From the NCBI GenBank assembly GCA_049472295.1, contig JBLIRM010000005.1, positions 1 to 40,662 of the forward strand: a stretch of 40,662 nt of DNA. Direction: 5' to 3'. Shown piece by piece: positions 19,434-26,297 of the stretch. Positions within the stretch are counted from its first letter, which is position 1; each line of letters starts with the position of its first letter. Source of the stretch: a bacterium (lineage in GTDB: Bacteria; SZUA-182; DTGQ01; JAFGSM01). The notes under the pieces are model-generated. The model did no database searches. It worked only from the letters and a program-made list of their open reading frames with translations, and had not been told where the DNA came from. Position numbers and translations under genes: made by a program.

Positions 19434-19486
19434 ATAATAATATCCTCATTTTGTTTGAAGATCAAACACTTAAAATCCACCCAACT
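19434..19486 (-). repeat. Junction repeat copy A (IHF-like site plus sigma70-like promoter)
   Basis: 53 bp with 3 mismatches to 25006-25058; minus strand TTGATC-N17-TATTAT. Confidence 0.85.
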
Positions 19487-19622
19487 CCTGGCAATGGTTG
19501 ACATTATGGAATTGCTGGACTTAATCATTTAAATATGTTACATGATTGATCTATTATCTTTATTGATTTTATGCCATGGTTTAGTTTATTCTTTTTGATG
19601 AAAAATCCATGTTCCGATCAAT

Positions 19623-19743
19623 GAGATTACTCTAAGCGGCCTTGAAATAGCAAATGTTTTTTCAGAACTTACGGATCCGTAAAACAAAGAACACGATTTG
19701 TAAAAACACAGAATCCTGAAGGAAGATGGGAAAAAAGGTATAC
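19623..19743 (+). pseudogene. Fragment of a class II lysyl-tRNA synthetase-like gene (EpmA/GenX or LysS)
   Basis: EITLSGLEIANVFSELTDP(frameshift)KQRTRFVK...RKMGKKVY matches the G.E.ANAFSEL.DP..QR.RF signature. Confidence 0.7.
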
Positions 19744-19821
19744 AGTGCGATTTTCACGATCTGGGTAATAGATATTTAAATAAACATTTATAATTTTTTG
19801 GAAGAAAAGGAGGGATTCATT

Positions 19822-20151
19822 ATGGAAATTATGAAATCAATAATGAACATTTTGATGTCAACAGAATTGGGAGTCCCGCTTTTTCAGATTATTCTGTTAC
19901 TCTTTTTTAGTACCTTTTCACTTCTTTTTGGAAAAACTAAACTGGCACTCATTATCAACTACCTCTTCACATTCTATTGGGGTTATATATTTAATAAAGA
20001 ACTTCTGGTTGTCTCTTTTAGAAATGAGCCTTATGCATTTGATTTCATATATTTTTATTTTGCGTTTGGTATTATTATCGTTATTCTATTTATCATTAGT
20101 ATGCTTATAACCGATAGCAAGAAAAAGGATAAAATTATAACGAATTTTTGA
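19822..20151 (+). CDS. Small multi-TM hypothetical membrane protein
   Basis: AGGAGG RBS at 19808-13, ATG at 19822; three hydrophobic segments; AT-rich. Confidence 0.75.
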   Translation: MEIMKSIMNILMSTELGVPLFQIILLLFFSTFSLLFGKTKLALIINYLFTFYWGYIFNKELLVVSFRNEPYAFDFIYFYFAFGIIIVILFIISMLITDSKKKDKIITNF

Positions 20152-20228
20152 CTTCTTTATCGGCAGGATCCCATAACAGTTGCAAACAAATTCAATCAAA
20201 GGGAAATTTTTCTTTCGCAAAGCAAATA

Positions 20229-20419
20229 TGATGGTCTTGTAAAAAGTCATGTATCGAGTCATAGAGGAGCAAAGGCGGTTGCGAGGCGAAGCCGAAGCAA
20301 ACTTATCTAATAAATACAAATAGATATTTATACCTGAGATTGCTTCGCTTCCCCCCACGCTTCGCTCGGGGCTTCGGCTCACCGCAATGACATTTCTGGG
20401 ACTTTTTACGAGGCCATCA
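20229..20419. mobile_element. MITE-like non-autonomous element
   Basis: 20-bp terminal inverted repeats TGATGGTCTTGTAAAAAGTC (20229-48) and GACTTTTTACGAGGCCATCA (20400-19), 18/20 match, enclosing a palindromic GTCAT...GAGATTGCTTCG...GCAATGAC core. No transposase and no clear target-site duplication. Confidence 0.7.
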
Positions 20420-20640
20420 ATCTTGATAAAAAAATCTTCCAGTTTAAAAATACGACTTCAGCCTCTCTATAAACCGACAAAAGACATTGTGTGTAAAAGA
20501 TAGCTTCGCTGTGTCCGGTCCAGCCAGCGACCCATATCCCTTTCTATCTCCTCCACGGACCTGATGCCCAGCACCTGCCGGATGAAAAGGTTGGTCGATA
20601 TATAATATTATTTTTTCGGAAATAGGACTTATTTCCATCC

Positions 20641-21792
20641 TTACTTCCGCTTCAACTCAACCCATTTATCATCCAGCCCAGCCATTCCTTCCCAGGCACG
20701 ATCCAGATATAAGGTATCAAGCGTCGCAATCGCAGCCATTGCCTCGATAACGGCATAGATCCTTCCGACCAGAGTAGGATCTCTCCTGGTTATAGGGCTT
20801 AACTTCTCTTCCTTCATTGTCTTCATGTTGATCGAAGGCTGCTCCACCGAAACAGTGGGGGTTGGTTTGATTGCCACTCTGCAGATAATATCCTCTCCAT
20901 TGGTCATACCGCCCAAAACACCCCCGGCATGATTCGTCTTGAACCTCACCTTTCCCTTCTCAAGGTAAGGATGATCATTGAATTCACTCCCCTTCATATT
21001 GCCGCACTTAAATCCGGCGCCGAACTCGATTCCCTTAACAGCCCCAATGCTCATGACGGCATGTGATAACATGGCACCGAACTTGTCAAAGACAGGCTCT
21101 CCCAGGCCGGCAGGCACATTATGGATCACCAGCTCGATAATGCCGCCCATGGTATCCCCTTCCTCCTTCACTTCCAAAACCTTTTTTGTCATCTCTTCAG
21201 CGGCCTCTGCATCAGGACAGTTGATCTCATTCTTCCTGTAATTCTTCTTGGCCTCCTCAAAACTCATCTTTTTAGCCTTTACTCCGGCACATTCAACAGT
21301 ATATGCAAGGACCTCTATCCCATGCTGAGCCAGGATTATCTTAGCTAATGCTCCGCCGGCCACTCTGCCGACTGTTTCCCTGCCGGATGCCCTGCCTGCA
21401 CCGCACCAGTCGGCTGCCTCACCATACTTCAGGAAATAGGTATATTCAGCATGGCCCGGCCTGATAAGGTCCTTGTAATCCCTATACTGATCAATATGGA
21501 TCTTTTGGGTATCCACATTATACACGATCATCCCGACCGGGGCCCCTGTGGTCACCCCATCCTGGCCCATGCCCGCAAAGATATGGACCTGATCGGTCTC
21601 CTTCCTCGGAGAGTCCAGCTTGCCCTGCCCGGGCCTTCTCTTGTCCATCTCCTTCTGTATCATCTCATCTGTAAGCTCAATGCCTGGCGGCACGCCGTCA
21701 ACGATAACAGCCAGTCCTGAACCTTTCCCAATACCATAAGATTCTCCGCATGTTGTGACCCTGAATATCCGTCCGAAAGTATTTCCCATCAT
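20641..21792 (-). CDS. aroC: Chorismate synthase (atypical GESYG variant)
   Basis: GNTFG..FRVTT.GES, RRPGQ, RPGHA, GRASGRET, AVKGIEFGAGF, NHAGGVLGGMTNG and KPTPT motifs. Confidence 0.93.
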   Translation of the reverse strand: MMGNTFGRIFRVTTCGESYGIGKGSGLAVIVDGVPPGIELTDEMIQKEMDKRRPGQGKLDSPRKETDQVHIFAGMGQDGVTTGAPVGMIVYNVDTQKIHIDQYRDYKDLIRPGHAEYTYFLKYGEAADWCGAGRASGRETVGRVAGGALAKIILAQHGIEVLAYTVECAGVKAKKMSFEEAKKNYRKNEINCPDAEAAEEMTKKVLEVKEEGDTMGGIIELVIHNVPAGLGEPVFDKFGAMLSHAVMSIGAVKGIEFGAGFKCGNMKGSEFNDHPYLEKGKVRFKTNHAGGVLGGMTNGEDIICRVAIKPTPTVSVEQPSINMKTMKEEKLSPITRRDPTLVGRIYAVIEAMAAIATLDTLYLDRAWEGMAGLDDKWVELKRK

Positions 21793-21810
21793 TTTGAACG
21801 ACCTCCTTGA

Positions 21811-23082
21811 CTATTCTATTATATCTATTTTCGCCCCGATTCTTTTCATGATATCAGCATAATCCGGGAATGTCACACTAACTGCTTCAGCCGTATCGAT
21901 CACGGTCTGTCCTGAAGCAATCATCCCGGCGAGGCTCAAAGCCATCACCACCCGATGGTCATGATATCCATGAACATGAGCACAATGAAGCTCTGAATGC
22001 TCAATGACCATTCCATCTTCTTTCTCTTCAACATGAGCACCCATCCTGCCGAGTTCCTCTGTCATAACTCTGATCCTGTCTGTCTCCTTTATCCTTGCAT
22101 GGGCTACATTCCTGATTGCCGTCTTTCCCTGCGCATAACATCCCAGTACACTGATCGCAGGCAGCGCATCCGGGGTGTTATTCAAGTCCAGTTCACATCC
22201 TGTAAGCATTGATCGATTCACCACGATGCCCTCTTTCCCCATCCTTATATCAGCACCCATTTTCCTGAGGTAGTCCAGCACTTGTTTATCCGCCTGAGTA
22301 TCCTCCATATCCAATCCTTTGAGCATCAAATCTCTCCCAAGCATCACCCCTGCAGTCAATAAAAAGGTGGCGCTTGACCAGTCGCCTGGAATGTTTTTCT
22401 CAAAGGCTTTATAGCTCTGATTCCCGAAAATCCTTATGCTTTTAAAATCATTGTTCTCATATCTTATCCCCAACTCATCCAGCCATCTGAGTGTCATCTC
22501 GATATAGGGCTGCTCGCAAAGATTCAATATCCCTATCTCAGTATCCTGTAAAGCCAGAGGACAGTTAATAAGCAGGCTTGAAATATATTGTGAGCTCCTG
22601 CAGTCCACTTCAACCCTTCCGCCCTTCATCCTCCCTGTAATCTCGACAGGAGGACATCCATTGTTATTCAGGGAAACAGCCTTTGCTCCGAGTGCATTCA
22701 GGGCATCAAGCAATGGCTGTACTGTCCTTTTCCTTATGGAGGCATCACCATCAATAAGGACTTTCCGATCTCCAAGGGCTGCTGTTCCCATAATCAAGTT
22801 GGTTGTTGTTCCGGAATTAAGGGTATCAAGCCTTGAGTCCGTCTTCGGCTTTCCTGAAAATCCCCGAACAATAAATTCCCCGTTTTCCTTCTCTATTCCG
22901 GCACCCAATGCTTTGCATGCATTGATCGCTGCCTGAGTGTCAGCAGCCTCAAGCGCATGGATTAATTTTGATTCTCCCTCAGCAAGGGATGCAAAGACAA
23001 ATCCCCTTATCGTATGGGACTTGCTGCTTGGCACAACAATCTCTCCACGAATGTCCTCTGTTCTGTCAACCTTTAATCTCAT
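21811..23082 (-). CDS. aroA: 3-phosphoshikimate 1-carboxyvinyltransferase (EPSP synthase)
   Basis: PSSKSHTIR, NSGTT, SSQYISSLL, PGDWSSA, RIKETDRI, DHRVVMA and VTFPDY motifs. Confidence 0.96.
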   Translation of the reverse strand: MRLKVDRTEDIRGEIVVPSSKSHTIRGFVFASLAEGESKLIHALEAADTQAAINACKALGAGIEKENGEFIVRGFSGKPKTDSRLDTLNSGTTTNLIMGTAALGDRKVLIDGDASIRKRTVQPLLDALNALGAKAVSLNNNGCPPVEITGRMKGGRVEVDCRSSQYISSLLINCPLALQDTEIGILNLCEQPYIEMTLRWLDELGIRYENNDFKSIRIFGNQSYKAFEKNIPGDWSSATFLLTAGVMLGRDLMLKGLDMEDTQADKQVLDYLRKMGADIRMGKEGIVVNRSMLTGCELDLNNTPDALPAISVLGCYAQGKTAIRNVAHARIKETDRIRVMTEELGRMGAHVEEKEDGMVIEHSELHCAHVHGYHDHRVVMALSLAGMIASGQTVIDTAEAVSVTFPDYADIMKRIGAKIDIIE

Positions 23083-24545
23083 AGATCTCCTAAAACGGCA
23101 TTCTTCATCAGTTCCTTATTGCAGGCCTTCCCTGTCCAAAGCAGGAATTGCCTTGCAGCCTGGTTAACGAACATCTCGACCCCTGAAACCGTCTCGCAGC
23201 CATTCTCAGCAGCCATCTTCAATAATCTGGTCCGGCCGGGATTATAAACAGTATCAAAAACAACCATATCCTTCAACAGATCTGCATCAACAGGGCTCCG
23301 ATCCATATCAGGTGACATGCCGATAGATGTGGCATTAATCAGTATCTCCACATCATCCCATTGAACATCTTCCATCTTCAAAAACTCACATCCCAGATCA
23401 GCAGCCAGCATTCTCCCCTTCTCCTCAGTTCTGTTGACAATGCACAGCTTTGCCCCTTTCTTCAAAACACCATAGCCAATGGCCCTTGCCACGCCTCCGG
23501 CTCCGATCATCAGCACCTTCTTTCCATCCAGGCGGGTCTTCTCTTCAACAGCCTCAACAGCCCCGTCAATATCCGTATTAAATCCCGACAACCTTCCATC
23601 CTTCACAGCCACTGTATTCACTGCACCCACTCTGCCGGCATCCTCATCAATACCATCCAGATATTTCATAATCTCCCGCTTATGGGGCATGGTCACACTA
23701 AAGCCGGCCAATCGATCCCTGAAAGCAGACACGAATTCGCCTATATCACTGACCAGGAAATTAAGGTACACGGCATTCATCCTGTGCTCCCTGAAACAGA
23801 GATTATGCAGGATATACCCCTTGCTCTTGGATACAGGATTTCCAACCAGACCATAAAGGCTCAGGCCAAGAGGCTTTAGGTCTTTAACCCGATAGACATC
23901 CCTCAGAATCCCACAGCTTATCTGGCCTGGTGCGGATTCCTTTCCTTTCTCCATACTTCCAAAGGTGAGGTAAGAGCCATAAACAAGAGAGAGTATTCTG
24001 GATACCTCTCCAAGGGCTCCCATGCATATGCCGATAAAATCCCTGCCCTCTTCCTTTGCCTTTTCAATCAGCCCGAACATCCTCAGATTATCTCTTAAAT
24101 TTTTAGGCATCACTGCTATTTTCAAGATATCTGCGCCCAGCTTTTTCATCTGCAGATAAATCCCATTAATATCTGCAGGCATCTCATCAAAATTATGGTA
24201 GGACAAAATAATCTTTGAATCTTTCCTGCAGGAAATCAACTCTTCCACAGCCTGCCTGCCGGAACCCATCTCAATATCCACATGATCAGCCCCGAATTCA
24301 GCGCATCTGTGCAATATCTCTATCCTTCTTTCCTCGCTGCCGGCATACCTTCCACCTTCATCCTGCTTCCGGCAGGTCATGATCAGAGGGGATTTCTTCC
24401 AGGAAATGATCCGCCTCAGGTCAAGGTCATTGAATTCGGAAATATAGTCCAGCCTTATCTCAACAATATCCGCCGTCTCAGCAGCCAGATCCATCTGTTT
24501 CCTGACTTCATCAATATTTTCTGCAATTACCGGACAGCATATCAC
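23079..24545 (-). CDS. aroDE: Bifunctional type I 3-dehydroquinate dehydratase / shikimate dehydrogenase (AroD-AroE fusion)
   Basis: N-half: EIRLD, R...EGG, ILSYHNF, KIA, SR, APGQ (type I DHQase). C-half: SVTMPHK, GAVNT, NTD, GAGGVARA, INATSIGM, D.VYNP, GVEMFVNQA (SDH). The GTG start overlaps the stop codon of the aroB remnant. Confidence 0.93.
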   Translation of the reverse strand: MICCPVIAENIDEVRKQMDLAAETADIVEIRLDYISEFNDLDLRRIISWKKSPLIMTCRKQDEGGRYAGSEERRIEILHRCAEFGADHVDIEMGSGRQAVEELISCRKDSKIILSYHNFDEMPADINGIYLQMKKLGADILKIAVMPKNLRDNLRMFGLIEKAKEEGRDFIGICMGALGEVSRILSLVYGSYLTFGSMEKGKESAPGQISCGILRDVYRVKDLKPLGLSLYGLVGNPVSKSKGYILHNLCFREHRMNAVYLNFLVSDIGEFVSAFRDRLAGFSVTMPHKREIMKYLDGIDEDAGRVGAVNTVAVKDGRLSGFNTDIDGAVEAVEEKTRLDGKKVLMIGAGGVARAIGYGVLKKGAKLCIVNRTEEKGRMLAADLGCEFLKMEDVQWDDVEILINATSIGMSPDMDRSPVDADLLKDMVVFDTVYNPGRTRLLKMAAENGCETVSGVEMFVNQAARQFLLWTGKACNKELMKNAVLGDL

Positions 24546-24812
24546 TGCATATCACCCGGAACCTTTCTCACGATTTCAGTGCTCATTTCCACGTCAATTG
24601 CAATATCTGTAATCTTACCCGGCAGAATATGCCTATACTCTCTCACCTGTATTCTTCTGGTCATATCTCATGTTCCTTATGACTTGCTCTATAGCAATTC
24701 CCTTGAGGCTGCTCCTGAATCCCGGCTTCGGAATCAAATCAATGATCTTCTTGCTCATCACAGTGTTTCACATCCCAAGATTCCCAGCAATCTTTGTCTG
24801 CGCCATCATGCC
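24542..24812 (-). pseudogene. aroB: C-terminal remnant of 3-dehydroquinate synthase
   Basis: GMMAQTKIAGNLGM*NTVMSKKIIDLIPKPGFRSSLKGIAIEQVIRNMRYDQKNTGERV(frameshift)RHILPGKITDIAIDVEMSTEIVRKV resembles the AroB C-terminus (GM...LG...M..DKK...ILP..IG). Its stop overlaps the aroDE start (GTGA). Confidence 0.72.
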
Positions 24813-24818
24813 CTCAGT

Positions 24819-24908
24819 AAAAGCTGCATTGTTGATCACTGGAGATAGGGAATAACTGACGGGATCACCCATTAATGCGCAAACATATGTCTGTGTATTA
24901 ATTTCCGT
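24819..24908 (-). pseudogene. aroE: 5' fragment of a stand-alone shikimate dehydrogenase
   Basis: (ACG)EINTQTYVCALMGDPVSYSLSPVINNAAF is a typical AroE N-terminus (G.PV.HSLSP..HNAAF); the start codon appears mutated ATG to ACG. Confidence 0.78.
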
Positions 24909-25005
24909 CTGATTGTTTTACAGGATTTCAAAGATTAATATAATTCAATTATAAATTGTTTTGTTATATCCTTTTAAGAAAGGATAAACTCATTATATTT
25001 AATTT

Positions 25006-25058
25006 ATAATAATATCCTCATTTTGATTGAATATCAAGCACTTAAAATCCACCCAACT
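25006..25058 (-). repeat. Junction repeat copy B (IHF consensus site plus sigma70-like promoter upstream of the aro block)
   Basis: ATAATAATATCCTCATTTTGATTGAATATCAAGCACTTAAAATCCACCCAACT contains TATCAAGCACTTA (WATCAANNNNTTR) and minus-strand TTGATA-N17-TATTAT. Confidence 0.85.
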
Positions 25059-26297
25059 TTTAACTTCCATATCAATTTTATCACTTTGATGGCATCTTCA
25101 AACATCTGGAGACAGTCAGGGCGTGACTCAGCCAGGATCTCAGCGTCCGTATCGGACAAATTAAGCAAGAGAGTTCTCCCCTTCTAATTTTCTTATAATG
25201 ATCTGCTGGAGTTTATATATGAATTCTTCTTGACAAGGCAGTATCAATCTCGATATTTTTAAAGGATAATAAACGTTATCCTCATCTGAAGATTGCCCTT
25301 CAAATATTTTTTCCATCCCCATTTGCAAGGACTGGTTTCAAAGGGGGCTTCCAATGCACATAACACCTGCTGTCCCTTGCCCTGGATCGATACCCAGAAG
25401 ATTGAGGCATGATCAGAGGCAAGGTGCTTTCAATTCTTGTCCAAAAGGGAAAAATCTTTGAGGATCTGGCAAAGAGAATATACGAATGGCTCATTCAGGA
25501 TTCAACATCCATAATTCACAAGAGATTAAGGTTTGCTTTTCCGCTATCTTTAGACTGTCGGTTTGCCAAAATTTGTCATATTTGGGATACTCTTTGATGT
25601 CATTAGATTATTTCCTCCTTTCCTTTAATTCTCCTCATAGTGTAAATTATCCTCATTATCATCTTCTGCTAAACTGCCATGATCTACCGATCACAACGAA
25701 GGATGAAAGTTTTTAAAAACAAATAATTAGTTAAAAACTTTCATATAAAACCTCTTTGAATATTTGTTTTGAAAAAAATGGAAATCCTTCCCTTACTTCT
25801 ATCAAGATAAAGCGTATTCTTGGTATCATATTGAGTATCTCCGAAAACTGTTCAAGGAACCGGACCGATTAGAAGGAAGATATATTCGTTTTACACACCA
25901 CCTCTTTATTCTTTATATAAAATATCAGCATTATAAAGATCTGTAATATGAGTCAAAACTGCAACGGTTCAATGGATATTAATTTTCTCTTTTGTCTAAT
26001 AGACATAAAATATCCATTTTTTTTCAAGTTATTTACAGCAATTTATTTTGAAAGTTACATGCAAAGTGGGAAAGTGTTTTCGGACCAGACAGGGAAGCTC
26101 CACTGCTTGCGGATGCTTTGTCAAATTTTGAAAATTTAAAAGGGAAATAAAAGCATACCTACGTCTATATATAATAAATAGAATTGGTAGATACTTTTCA
26201 TAATTTTTTTCTTATATTTATATTTAAAAATAAACCGTTAACTTAATAGCAATTGATTTAAGCAAAATAGATCCAGGGCAGGAATTAAGGAGGTAAA

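Noticed and set aside
20444-20638. 64-aa ORF after aroC as a real gene
   Set aside because: No recognisable family, and the coding-like signal shifts between frames; treated as an unidentified fragment.
26061-26110. Riboswitch-like stem-loop upstream of the metalloprotease
   Set aside because: A plausible outer stem (GCAA/AGTGG with CCACT/TTGC) exists, but it matches no aptamer consensus I know and may be a gene fragment.
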